From Octopus vulgaris (taxonomy: Eukaryota), in NCBI GenBank assembly GCA_951406725.2, contig OX597814.1:137640001-137704000 (forward strand): a stretch of 64,000 nucleotides of DNA, in the 5' to 3' direction. Each line of letters begins with the position of its first letter. Position 1 is the first letter of the stretch. Below the pieces are notes generated by a model. That model searched no databases and was not told where the DNA came from. It saw only the letters and a program-made list of their open reading frames with translations. Both the position numbers and the translations under genes were made by a program. Shown here piece by piece: positions 1 to 13,335 of the stretch.

Positions 1-130
1 GTGGTTTGGTAAAAGAGACCAATAGAATAAGTACTAGGCTTACAAAGAATAAGTCCGGGGTCGATTTGCTCAACTATAGGCGGTGCTCTAGCATAGATGC
101 AATCAAATGACTGAAACAAGGAAAAGAATA
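1..130 (+). mobile_element. 3' end of tRNA-derived SINE family A
   Basis: Matches the reverse complement of the tail of full copies such as 27108-27530. Confidence 0.85.
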
Positions 131-453
131 ATTAAAAGACCAATTTTGCCAACAAGTGTTTTCAGTCATTGATATGTACAATAATTTAGTCAAAATGGCG
201 GCACCCGAAGCACTTCATTCATCATATCTCTTATGTCTCAGGCTAAATTATTTTTCTCAATATTATTCAGTGACATTTACAAATAAATTAAGATAGTTTA
301 TAGCAGAATTTCTCAACCATTTTTTGCCTATGGACCCCTTTGATTCCTATTTCACTCTACATGGAAAACAAATACAGTTCTATATTTAAGAGATGAGGAA
401 TTATGTACATTATTTACATTTGACGGATATTTGTCCTCATCTTGTTTGTTGTT

Positions 454-499
454 AACACAACGTTTTGGCTGATATACCCTCCAGTCTTCATCAGGTGTC
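454..499 (-). ncRNA. Decayed minimal hammerhead ribozyme motif in a Penelope-like repeat
   Basis: Minus strand GACAC-CTGATGA-A-GACTG..CAGCC-AAAA-CGTT-GTGTT; GAAA mutated to AAAA and one stem II mismatch. Confidence 0.6.
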
Positions 500-547
500 T
501 TGAGGAAATTTTTAAACCTGGGTTCTCATTCCTAAGGTATTTTTTGA

Positions 548-548
<1 letters not shown>

Positions 549-645
<97 letters not shown>

Positions 646-805
646 GTATCATTGCCTTCTAATGCTGGAGATGTACTACAGTATCAGCTGTTCACTACCA
701 GTGAACTAAGGTAACACCTCTCATTTTTCGAGCACCTTCTGGAGTATTCGAGCGGCTCTAAGCAGTGCTGTTTTCTGCAAGTGCTCCACCCTTATTGCAG
801 CCCCA
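549..805 (-). mobile_element. 3' end of an R4/Dong-like non-LTR retrotransposon with (TAA)n tract
   Basis: Minus strand translates AIRVEHLQKTALLRAARILQKVLEK*, the C-terminus typical of RLE-type R4/Dong ORFs; (TAT)n at 549-645. Confidence 0.7.
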
Positions 806-1061
806 CTGACAAATCCATCCACTTTTTAGATGCTTTTAAAGCCAAACTGTGCAACCACATGTACCACTTCACTCACATTGTATTTGTGAATCTAAGGCTA
901 TGATAAAAGATACTTGGCCCAAAATGTCAAATAGCGTGAGCCCTATAAAAATGCTTAGTCACACACTGCATGACAATCTTGCACCTATGTTCTGTTACAT
1001 ATTCAATTCCTTCTGTTTTTTTTTTTTAACATTTTCAACATATAACTTTCCCTTTTTTTAG

Positions 1062-1135
1062 CCTGGTTTACCTCAACATTGTACATCCAACAAATGGACG
1101 AGGTGTTAAGATCTCCATAAATGGTTACAGTAAAG
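1062..1135 (+). CDS. Arrestin-domain gene, first exon in window (LVYLNIVHPTNGRGVKISINGYSK); upstream exon(s) outside window
   Basis: Polypyrimidine tract + AG at 1060-1061, donor AAG|GTCAGT; RGVKISING matches the Arrestin_N 'RGi.i...G' strand; phase joins the next exon. Confidence 0.85.
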
Positions 1136-1598
1136 GTCAGTATTTCTTCATTTGTAACAAAGTTAACCATACTAGCTTGAAATAATCCATTTCTGTTTCC
1201 GTATTTCTCCTCTCTTCATCACCCTCGTTGTTTCCAAACACTCACGTCCTATATTAATCACATTGTGCAATCCTTCCTTCTTAGAACATCAGCCCTTTGG
1301 AAATCACTTCCTGCTCATTTCTTTCCCATAGCTGTTGCATTACTAGGGTTCTAGAGGAAAAAAAAAACATGGCACCAATCTTGCCAGTCTAGGAGAGCCT
1401 GCAGACAGAGCAACTTCAGCAAAAAAAAAAAAAGCAAATGATATTTCTTTGGTGATTCTTTTGTGATTATTAGCTGATGTATCATCAATTCATATGATAC
1501 CATCAGTGTGTAGGAGTGTACCTATGTCAAAAACTTTAAGATGTTGCTATGATATGCAAGTATACAAATTTGTCCAATTCCACTATTGTTAATATACA

Positions 1599-1830
1599 TA
1601 TGATGGGGTGGTGAAAGGTTCCTGGCTTTGAAAATTTCCTGGGTAAAAGAAAATACAAGAAGATTAGTTAATTATGATTTTATTCAACATGTTCCCCTCT
1701 TAGATTCTCACTCTTACTGCAGCGGCCGTTCAGTTTTTCTAAACCCTGTAAAAGAACTCGGATGGTTTGGCCTCCAACCAGGCTTTTTGCAATACCCTTG
1801 AAACCATGAAATTTTCAGCACTCCCCTTGT
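1599..1830. mobile_element. Mariner-derived MITE, decayed
   Basis: Imperfect TIRs tatgatggggtggtgaaaggttcc / aaattttcagcactccccttgt. Confidence 0.55.
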
Positions 1831-2559
1831 TTACATGTGTATTGTGTGTCTGTGTGTGTTACTGTCTCCTTGCCTTGACATCATGTGATAGTTGTAAATG
1901 CATGTCACCATAATGCAAATGATGTCCTTCATTTTCAATATTCTGCGCAAACATATTTGGTCTTGGGGAAATATTTCCTCACAATGGAAACAGGTGCAAG
2001 TTGGTGACAAGAAGGACATCAGGCTGTAGAAAATCCATCTGACCCATACAAGCATGGGAAACTGGGAATTAAAGTGATGATGATGATATCATTTAACTGT
2101 CATTTTTTCCATGTTTCCATGGGAAGGATAGAATTTTGAGGCAGATTTTCTAGGGGTGGATGTTATGTTTTCATGGAAGATTAGAAATGAACAACCTCAC
2201 TTGTATGATGATATGGATTATTTGCAACCATTACATGATGTTTAGAAATGGGTACATGCAATCACATAAACATTACATACATATATCCAAATTTTCAAAT
2301 GTCTCAGTTCTGGCGCACTAAAACCCAGGAGCAGTTCCGCAGTAGATAATTCACTGCAGTTAATGTTACTGGTTAGAAAACATAATTATTTAAAATTTAA
2401 ATAATGAGGGTGATAAATTGAATATTAATTTAATTAACATCAGTTTAAAACCAGTAGCCTAGCATATAGAAAAATCTGAAAATTCAGAAAAATTTTAATA
2501 CATGCGTATAATAAGGGATGGCCACTAAGTGGACATCCAATATGTTAGAAGAAGATCAC

Positions 2560-4945
2560 CTATGATCTAACTACAATACATATTGCCCACCGGATGCAAT
2601 ACATATTGCCCACTGGATGCAATACATATTGCCCACCAGATGCCCCAAACCACATAGGAAAGTTTGAAGATTGTCTCACAAGAATTAAAGAAATCCTCAT
2701 GAATCTGGAACAAAATGTGACCATATTTCTTATGGGTGATTTCAACTTCCCCAATGTCAAATGGCCCGAAGGTCTCATACTCTCAGGAATGACTCATTGC
2801 AAGCAAGCACAGGTGGAGTCCCTGCTCAACCTCACCAATGCCCTATTCATGGAGCAAGCTGTACTCAGACCAACTAGGATGAATAACATTCTGGATCTCT
2901 GCTTCACGAACAATATGGACATCATTCATGATTTGAAAGTGACACCGACATTAGTCTTGGATCACTACATAATAGAGCTGTCTATGTTTGGGCCGAAACT
3001 AACCAGAGACATACAGCTTAAAGAAAGCACCCAAAATCTCTCCAATCTGAACTTCCACAAAGCAGATTGGAAATATATCCAAAAAGAGATCCTCAGAGAG
3101 GACTGGCCGAAATGTCTCTCCACACCAGACATTGACATGAAACTAGAATGTTTCATGTCTTCTGTGCAAGCCATATGCCAGAAATATGTCCCAGAGTACA
3201 AGGCCAAAACAAATAGGAGCAAGATTCCAAGGGAGAGGAAGATCCTCATGAGACGACGGATGAAGGTTGCAAATCGACTCAACCAACATCCCAAAAGTAG
3301 CAAAATATCCCGCCTAAAAACAACATTGATGGAGATCGAAAAAAGGCTGCAACAATCCTATGTGAGGGAGAAAGCAGACAAAGAAGTCTGGGTTATAAAA
3401 AACATTAAATCAAACCCAAAGGCCTTCTTTTATTACATGAAAGAAACTGCCTCAGTACACTACAAGATAGGACCCCTCCTCCAGAAGGATGGCTCCCTCA
3501 CAGACAGTCCAACTAAGATCAGTGAGATACTGAATGACCAGTTCAAAAGTGTCTTTACCACCCCGTTGGAACACAGACAAGTGAACGAACCAGTGGACTT
3601 CTTTGCTGCCTCACCTATAACCAGCGAGGCAGTTACAATGGAATACATTGACATTAGTGAAGAAGATATACTACTAGCCATAGAAGAAGTAAACACAAAC
3701 TCAACTGCTGGTCCAGATGGTTTCCCAGCAATCCTCCTCAAATTGTGTAAGCATGCCCTGGCAAACTCCCTCCAGATTCTCTTCCAGAGCTTTCTTACAA
3801 ATGGCAAACTGTCAAGCAAGCTGAAGGAGGGAATAATATTCCCAATACATAAAGGGGGAAGTAGAGCAGATGCCAAAAACTATTGGCCTAACTCTCTGAC
3901 TTAACACATCAGCAAAGTCATGGAACGGATAGTCAGAAGGAAACTAATCACATTCCTTGAAGAAAATAACTTGCTGAGTGATACCCAGCATGGTTTTCAG
4001 CCAGGTAGGAGCTGCCTGACCCAGCTCTTACAACATTATGACTGGGTGTTGAGGCAGTTACTCAACAAATCAAATGTGGACGTAATATACCTTGATTTTG
4101 CAGAAGCTTTTGACAAGGTGGATCATGGTATGATATGCCACAAACTGCGTGACCTTGGCATAGCTGAAAAACTTGGAGAGTGGTTACATGACTTCCTTAA
4201 AGATAGGAGTCAGGCAGTAGTGGCTAATGGAGCCACCTCTATGAACACATAAATAGTGAGCGGTGTTCCACAGGTCACTGTCTTGGGACCACTGTTTATT
4301 ATAATGGCCCTCTCAGATATGTCTTCAAATGCCCAGATAGCCACTCTGGCAAGCTATGCAGATGATACGAAAGTCTCGCAGAAAATACAGAACTCCAGCG
4401 ATGTTGCACACCTGCAGCAGGAGTTGGACTCAATTTACAGTTGGGCTGAGGATAATAATATGCAGTTTAATGCTGAAAAATTCCAAGCCCTGCACTACCA
4501 GCATCCAAAACTGAATATGAAACTTACAGGGTACACCAGTCCACAGGGAATTTCAATCCCAGAGCCTAAGTCAGTGAGGGACCTGGGTATCGACATGAGT
4601 GATGATGCCTCTTTCGAAGTGCACATTACCAGGATGGCGACAAAGTGCAGACAACTGGCTGGGTGGATCCTAAGAACATTCAGAACCAGAGATAAGGAAA
4701 CCATGATGGTCCTCTGGCAGACATTCATCCTCAGCCTCCTGGATTACTGCTCACAGCTATGGTCACCCACCAGTGTGAAATTAACAGCGGACCTTGAAGC
4801 ACTCCAGAGAAGATTCACAAAGAAGATCATCTCTTTGCAACAGCTCGGCTACTGGGAAAGGTTGAAACAGCTAAGACTCTACTCCCTGGAGCGAAGGCGG
4901 GAGAGGTATGCAGTAATATACATCTGGAAGATCCTGGAAGGAATT
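2560..4945 (+). mobile_element. CR1/L2-clade LINE ORF2 (endonuclease + RT), truncated at both ends, pseudogenised
   Basis: ORFs 2594-3904, 3920-4252 and 4256-5014 share one frame, split by stops; GDFNFP, LDLCF, GPDGF, QHGF, YLDFAEAFDKVDH, SGVPQ, YADDTK, LDYCSQLWSP motifs. Confidence 0.95.
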
Positions 4946-5063
4946 GTAGTTAAAAATGAGTTACTTATATATATATCTCAAGGCCTCGTCAGAGATTATA
5001 AAGTACAATTATGAAGATATAAAATGCAAATATAAATATGAAACAAAGTACACATACACAAGA

Positions 5064-5108
<45 letters not shown>

Positions 5109-5743
5109 CATACATAAGTGTATATACACATACATATACATATATATAAGTATATACTTAATAATATACATAGACATAAGGTTACAGTTAATCAAATATA
5201 TATACTGGAATATACATATATATCCACATCAAAGGGTACATATACAAAGTCCAAAGTTCATTGTATTACATTACTAAAACTATTAATATTATTATTATTA
5301 TTATTAATAATACCAATAATGGAATATGTGCATTCTGCTATTCACAATACATAGTAGATGGAAAATACCGCATAAAATATAGTATAATATAATACAGTGT
5401 AACACAACATAATATAATATAATATATTATATTGCATATTACATATACAATATAGTATAACATAATATATAGGCAGATGTATATGGGAGATGCCAGTACA
5501 TTAATTCAATAAAATAATGCAATACAATATACAATGTCATTATATTCATATATCATACAGCAAGAATCGAAACTTTAGTCTAAATCTGCATACATATATA
5601 TACACACAGGTACCAAATTACATGCACATGCATATACATACATGCGCAAAAACATCCATTAATACATATACATATATAAAGAGATTTTATCCTTTTACAT
5701 CATACAAAAGATATATGCATGTACATACATAGAGTTCACAGAT

Positions 5744-6299
5744 CAAAGCTTGACATAACAAATAGGCGACGTACCAAATCTTACAGCTGTTTCTGATCTG
5801 TTGCCAAAGACTATCTATAAGTAATCACGAAAATAAAGTTCTTCATCTTCATAGGACATTCGAATTAAGGCACAGATATTCATCAGAGTAAAAGACAAGA
5901 AGAGCATCCAATATAAACAAAGGGAAGAAGGAAAAGGAAAGAAAACATGACCTAGAAAAGAAATCTAGTAGCCCAATATATTAAAAGCATATAATCTACC
6001 ATTCTTGGGGCTACGAGGTCCGTAGGTGAAAAACTTTTTACCTACGGACCTTGTAACCCCAAGAATGGTAGATTATATGCTTTTAATATATTGGGCTACT
6101 AGATTTCTTTTCTAGGTCATGTTTTCTTTCCTTTTCCTTCTTCCCTTTGTTTATACTGGATGCTCTTGTTTTTCACTCTGATGAAGCTCCAAGAAGATGA
6201 AGAACTTTATTTTCGCAATTATTTATAGACAGCTTTTTGCAACGGATCGGAAACAGCCATAAGATTTGTTACATCACCTATTTGTTATGTCAAGTTTTG
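5744..6299. repeat. Foldback element with hammerhead-like motif in each arm (Penelope-like)
   Basis: Centre about 6034; 5912-6010 is the exact reverse complement of 6057-6155; CTGATGA..GAAACAGCTGTA on minus (5886 to 5782), decayed copy on plus (6178-6261). Confidence 0.9.
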
Positions 6300-6896
6300 T
6301 ATTAAAAAATAAGCTATAAATATGTTCCAATCGATGTGTTTGTTAATCTGAGGTTTTCTTCATTTTTTGATTATTTGTACATATATATATATATATGTAA
6401 ATGTTTGTGTGTCTGTGTTTGTCACCCCACCATCGCTTGACAACCGATGCTGGTTCGTTTACATCCCCATAACTTGGTGGTTCGGCAAAAGAAACTGATA
6501 GAATAAGAACAAGGCTTACAAAGAATAAGTCCTGGGGTCAATTTGTTTGACTAAAGGCAGTGCTCTAGCATGACCACAGTCAAATGACTGAAACAAGTAA
6601 AAGTATAAAAGAATAAAGGTTGAAATGCAAAATTGACCCCTGCGGATTTTGAACTCAGAGCTTAGAAATAGATCAAATATCACTAAGCATTTTGTCCCAC
6701 ATACTAATAATTCTACAAGTTCACTGCCCTAAATTAGTCATTGAATGATGTGTTATATTTTTTAATTCAGTTGTATTTCCTTTTAGTATCTTAATTCTCC
6801 ATGCAAGACATATATTGTTGCTTATCTTATAACTTGTTTTTAAAAAATATATTTTATATACAGAATTAAAATGTTTTTCCTCTTATTAATTTTCAG

Positions 6897-7007
6897 TAAA
6901 ATATAGTCCAAAGTCAAAGGACGTTCCTTCATCAGAAGTTGTACAAGAGTTACAAGCTGAAAAGAACTACCTTAAATGTCAAGATGTTGTTTTATATGTA
7001 TTAGAAG
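6897..7007 (+). CDS. Arrestin-domain gene exon (VKYSPKSKDVPSSEVVQELQAEKNYLKCQDVVLYVLE)
   Basis: ttttcag| acceptor, AAG|GTTGGT donor, 111 nt, phase 1-1, open; AEKNYL matches the arrestin 'E.Y' motif. Confidence 0.85.
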
Positions 7008-7299
7008 GTTGGTCACATTAATGTTTTTACCTTAAGCACTAAGTTATTTTCTTAAGTTCTTTATCCAACTCCTTCAATATGTTATTAGTAGTACTTTTTT
7101 TGTAAGAGTTAAAACTTTAATATGACTGAACTTAAAATCAAATACACAAAGCATGACAATATGTTGAAGACTGACTAGCAATATGTATCACCACCTCTGT
7201 TCCACTCCACAGCACTTTGGGCATTTGTCTTCTTCTATAGCCCTGGGCTCATCAAAATCTTGTGAGTGGATTTGGTAGATGGAAATGGAAAGAAGTCCA

Positions 7300-7568
<269 letters not shown>

Positions 7569-7593
<25 letters not shown>

Positions 7594-8663
7594 CGTTTAA
7601 CGTCCGTTTTCCGCGCTAGCACGGGTTGGACGGTTCGACCGGGGTCTGGGAAGCCAGGGGCCGCTCCAGGCTCCAGTCTGATCTGGCAGAGTTTCTACGG
7701 CTGGATGCCCTTCCTAACGCCAACCACTCCGTGAGTGGAGTGGGTGCTTTTACGTGCCACCTGCACAGGGGCCGGGGGGTCCGGCATCGGTCACGATCGG
7801 TTCGAGCTTTTAACGTGCCAGCGGCACGGGGGCAACCGGATCCGGGGTACTTTGGGGATCCGGGGTACTTTGAATGGGTAGGGGGTATGTGGAATTGCTG
7901 CAGAAAGCAGCCCGGGTCTTTGCAGTCACAGCATATCTCCAGAGATCTCGGTCCTTCGCCATTGCCTCAGTGAGGCCCAATGCTCTGAGGTCATGCTTGA
8001 CTACCTCATCCCATGTCTTCCTGGGTCTACCTCTCCCCCTGATACCTTCAACTGTTTGGGAGTGGCACTTCTTCACACATCTCTCTTCATCCATCCGCAG
8101 CACATGACCATACCATCGCAAGCGTCGCTCTTGCACACCACATCTGATGCTTCTTATATCCAGCATTTCTCTCAGGATGCACACTGACACTACACATCCA
8201 GCGGATCATGCTAGCTTCATTTCTTTCAAGTCTACGCATGTCCTCTGCAGTCACAGCCCATGTTTCATTACCGTGAAGCATGGCAGTTCGCACACATGCA
8301 TCATACAATCTACCTTTTGCTCTGAGGGAGAGACCTTTTGTTGCCAGTAGGAGCTTTCTGAACTTTGCTCAGGCTATTCGTATTCTAGTGGTGATACTCT
8401 CTGTGCATCCACCTCTGCTACTAACTTGGTCACCCAGGTAGCGGAAACTATCAACTACTTCTAGTTTCTCTCCCTGGAGTGTGATGGAATCTGTTTTCTG
8501 AGTGTCTGTTGTGTCTATTGTCCCTGTGCATCTGCCGCACATAAAAGCTATCTTATCTGTTAATTTCCCTTTAATGTTGCTGCACCTCTTATGTGTCCAT
8601 AGCTTACATTGGGTGCATCTTATGGAGTTTCTACCTGTACCTTTCCTACAGATTGAGCAGGGC

Positions 8664-8665
<2 letters not shown>
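7569..8665 (-). mobile_element. RTE-clade LINE 3' fragment with PHD-like finger and (GAT)n tail
   Basis: Minus strand WPCSIC..CTQCKLWTHKRC..CGRC, VDSFRYLG, LYDACVRTAMLHGNETW, RLRWYGHVLRM, RGRGRPRKTW. Confidence 0.92.
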
Positions 8666-9165
<500 letters not shown>

Positions 9166-9220
9166 TTAGTGAAGGGAAGAAATGGAGCTGAACGAAGATT
9201 CTACAAAATTCCTTTTTATT

Positions 9221-9306
9221 ATTTTCTACACATGTTTCAAAGGCTGCAAATTTCCAAATTCGGATTGAATAAGGAGACCATTTTGCAGCTTTCTCTTCAG
9301 GAAAAT
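9221..9306 (-). ncRNA. Minimal type I hammerhead ribozyme with intact core
   Basis: Minus strand ATTTTC-CTGAAGA-GAAAGCTGCAAA..TTTGCAGCCTTT-GAAAC-ATGT-GTA|GAAAAT: 6-bp stem I, long stem II, palindromic ACATGT in stem III, GUA site. Confidence 0.78.
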
Positions 9307-10335
9307 CCAGGAATTTAAATCTCTAAACAAATGCGCAGCAAGCTATTCGAACGTTTTTCTTCTGTGGTCAAACTACTCATTCTGCTGGGCTAGCTACCTA
9401 ACAGGATACAGTCATGGGTCAGATCTAATTTTGATTCGTCAAAAAATTGATGACGTTTTTCTTCCGTGGTCAAACTTGTCGTTCCACTTGGTTGGTTTCC
9501 TAACAGGATACAGTTAGGAGTCTTTTCACTATATTCGTTGAGGCTGGGTTTTGATTGGTTTGGAACTATATGACGTCAGTGAACAGTGCCAGAGACCAGA
9601 ACCCACAGCTTAGCTGATATAAATCCAACAATCACAAAATTTACCAAAATTACGCCAGCAGACGCCGACCAAAAATCATTACTGTTGCTCCCATTGGAAC
9701 ACAAGGTAAAATCTATAATGAACTCCTCGCCTTTTCAAGAACATGGATTTTTTATATTTGACTCTATTGAATGTATGTCACAATTATGAACTGTTCCATC
9801 ATACTCTTTAAGCATATAGCATGGACTCTCTTTATTATAAAAAAATTTTTTTGATAAGGTTTGTTATTACAAGAACCGAAACATGTTAAATTAAAATTTA
9901 TCTAATATAACGGCATTTTCAAACTTCATTTTTTACAAATATATACCCACTCGTATACGAGCTAATTTTATTATAAATATATATATATATATAAAAGTTA
10001 AATAAAGTTTACAAACCTCAATAAGGGATAATGTAATCCAATGAGAATAATGGTTAGTTACCTATTTAAAAATTGTTGAATATTGCCATTAATATTCAAG
10101 TGTAAGGTAACTAGATTAACTGTGGTTTACATATATTTTAAGAAGATAAGAAAATAGAGAGATATTTAACAATTATTTATCAATTTAAAAATTAGACAAC
10201 ATCTCTGACAACTGGTTCGATTCCAGGCCTTTATAAGTTAATTACCATTATTAAAACCATTTAAAAGTCGAATCTCATCACAATTAAGTGTTCATATTCC
10301 TGCTTGTTGAGTATATGGCTCCAAACTGGTAACTG

Positions 10336-12015
10336 ATAATAATAATAATAATAATAAAACATTGTGTACAGTGCTCAGGTACACTACAACTCATCTAAAG
10401 TGTATGTATAGTACATAGGGTAATGTACAAGCGTCAGGAAAAGAACAGTGCATGTGTCATGACATACACATATGTGTATGAGTATGGAAGGGGGACAATA
10501 AGGTGTAGTTTCGGCGGATTTCGGAAAGCATGAGGGCCTTAAAGGATGCAGTGTCATGGCAGTCAACAACTGACACAGGCAGTTTGTTCCATGCTTCAGC
10601 AACTCTGAGCATGAAAAAATGTTTCCGAAAGTCATGGGAGCTGTGCTGTTTTCTGACTTTGTAGGCATGTCCACGTGTGTTGGACACATGGAGATCAAAA
10701 AGGTGTTCGGTGTTGTTGTTGGTGAGGTGGTTGATAACTTTGTGGGTGTTTACCAAGTACGTCGCCAGACGCCGGAGCTTCAGCGAATCCACGCCCAGGA
10801 AAACAAGGCACTCAGAGTATGGTAGGTGTCTGATGGAGGGTATGCGTTTGGTTGCATGTCTCTGAACAGATACCAGGAGGTCAATGTTCTGAGCAAGATA
10901 GGGGTTCCAAACTGATGATGCGAATTCCAAGTGTGGTCGTACCATAGCTGTATACAGCTTTAAATAGATGGCTGGAGAGCAGCTAACAAAAGTCTTGCTG
11001 AGTGATGCCAAGACACCCTCGGCCTTCTTGACAATTTTAGAGATATGCTTTGTCCAACGCAAATCACTGCTGACAGTGATGCCTAGGTCACGCTCGCAAG
11101 AGGATTTCTTGATATCAGTGTTGTGGAGGGAGTATGTGGACGCAGGATTTTTTCTCCCAAAATGCATGGTGGTACACTTGTCCACAGCCAATTTCAGTTG
11201 CCAGTCTGTGATCCATTGCTGCATTGTGTCCAGGTCTGATTGCAGGAAAGAGTCGTAGACATCAGGATCTGTCCTCTTGATTTCAAGGTACAGCTTGATG
11301 TCGTCTGCATATTTCAATACTGTGGTATTCTTTAAATTGGCATCTATGTCATTAATGTATGCCACAATCAAGAGGGGACCAAGAACAGATCAATGTGGTA
11401 CACCCGATGACATCTCATATGGTGTAGAATGCTGTCCTAGAACTGTGACTACCTCCTTTCGGCTGAGAATGAAGGATTTCAACCAGTTAAAAAGATCATC
11501 CCTCACACCCATTGCAGAGAGTTTCACCATAAGCCTTTTGTGTGGCACAGAATTAAAAGCCTTAGCAAAGCCAAGGTAGACAACATCCACCCATGAGCCA
11601 CTGTCAGTGATCTGAGTAATGTCCTCAAGGAACTCGACAAGCTGATCACTGCAGCTGGAGTTAGGGACAAATCCATATTGTGAGGGTCGGATGAGACTGT
11701 GAGAGCTCCAGAAGTTCCAAAGTGTTTCTCTGACACACGATTCCATCAGTTTTGCAATACAGCTAGTGAGACTGACTGGGCGATAGTTGACAGGTGATGT
11801 GCGGTCTCCTTTTTGAACAGAGGAATGACACTGGCGGTTTTCCACTGCTCCGGAGTAGCACCATTGTTGAGACAGTACTGGAAAAAAATAGAAAGCTGGT
11901 GTAAAAGGAAGTACCTGCCACGTTTGAGAAGCAGGTATGTAATGCCATCAAGACCAGGGGAGGCATAGTTGCGCTTATTTTGAAGGTGACGTCGCAGCAT
12001 TGCAGGTGTAAATTC
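10336..12015 (-). mobile_element. CR1-clade LINE, 5'-truncated, with (ATT)n tail
   Basis: Minus ORFs with NYRPVSLTS, QYGF, YLGFAKAFNSVPH, SGVP, YADDIKL, VRPHLEFASSVWNPY, TRGHAYK. Confidence 0.95.
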
Positions 12016-12135
12016 AAAGGGGAGGAAGGTAGTATATTTATTAGAGTTAGAATAGAAAAATATATCATTACAGGGTGTTAAATAAAAGACATTGCGAAAG
12101 TAGGTATATAAGTATAATTGTAATATATTACAATA

Positions 12136-13335
12136 TACTCAGAATAAAAGGCAGACTGTATGATGCATGTGTACGAACTGCCATGCTACATGGCAGTGAA
12201 ACATGGGCTGTGACTGCTGAGGACATGCGTAAGCTCGCAAGAAATGAAGCCAGTATGCTCCGATGGATGTGTAATGTCAGTGTTCATAATTGTCAGAGTG
12301 TAAGTACCTTGAGAGAAAAGTTGAACCTAAGAAGCGTCAGTTGTGGTGTGCAAGAGAGACGGCTGCGCTGGTATGGTCATGTGACGAGAATGGCTGAAGA
12401 TAGTTGTGTGCAAAAGTGCTACACCCTAGCAGTTGAGGGAACCTGTGGAAGAGGTAGACCCAGGAAAACCTGGGACGAAGTGGTGAAGCACGACCTTCGA
12501 ACTTTAGGTCTCACCAAGGAAATGACTAGAGACCGAGACCTTATGGAAGTATGCTGTGCGTGAGAAGACCTGGCAAGACTAGTCAGGCCATAACCCGTGG
12601 CCCCTACCTGGGACGTAGTCAGTCCACCTGTGCATACCTTCCTTCTTGTGACACTTGTGAAGACCTGTTGAGGCAAGTGAAAATCAAATCAAAAATCAAA
12701 AAATCAAACAAAATCAAAATAGATGAACATCAATGGAATTTGTATCTTTGTGGTACCAGTGCCGGTGGCACACGAGAAAACCATCCGAACGTGGCCGTAG
12801 CCAGTTTTGCACCGACTGGCCTCCATGCTGTGGGCACGTAACTATCACCATCCGATCGTGGCCGATCGCCAGCCTCATCTGGCTCCTGTGTCGGTGGCAC
12901 ATAAAAAAACACCATCCGAGCGTGGTCGTCTGCTAGCCTTGTCTGGCACCTGTGTCGGTGGCACATAAAAACACCATCCGAGCGTGGCCGTTCGCCAGCC
13001 TCGTCTGGCACCTGTGTCGGTGGCACATAAAAACACCATCCGAGAGTGGCCGTTCGCCAGCCTCGTCTGGCACCTGTGTCAGTGGCACATAAAAACACCA
13101 TCCGAGCGTGGCCGTTCGCCAGCCTCGTCTGGCACCTGTGTCGGTGGCACATAAAATCACCCACTACACTCTCGGAGTGGTTGGCGTTAGGAAGGGCATC
13201 CAGCTGTAGAAACACTGCCAGATCTGACTGGCCTGGTGCAGCCTTCGGGCTCCCCAGACCCCAGTTGAACCGTCCAACCCATGCTAGCATGGAAAGCGGA
13301 CGTTAAATGATGATGATGATGATGATGATGATGAT
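12136..13335 (+). mobile_element. RTE-clade LINE 3' fragment with about 62-bp tandem repeats in the 3' UTR and (GAT)n tail
   Basis: KGRLYDACVRTAMLHGSETW, RLRWYGHV, GRGRPRKTW; five repeat units at about 12848-13157. Confidence 0.93.

Noticed and set aside
2594-5014. Active or domesticated reverse transcriptase
   Set aside because: Two in-frame stops, altered motifs (NYWPNSLT, GVPQV) and truncation at both ends.
12848-13157. Possible CRISPR-like array
   Set aside because: Units are contiguous with no unique spacers, lie in a LINE 3' UTR, and the DNA is eukaryotic.
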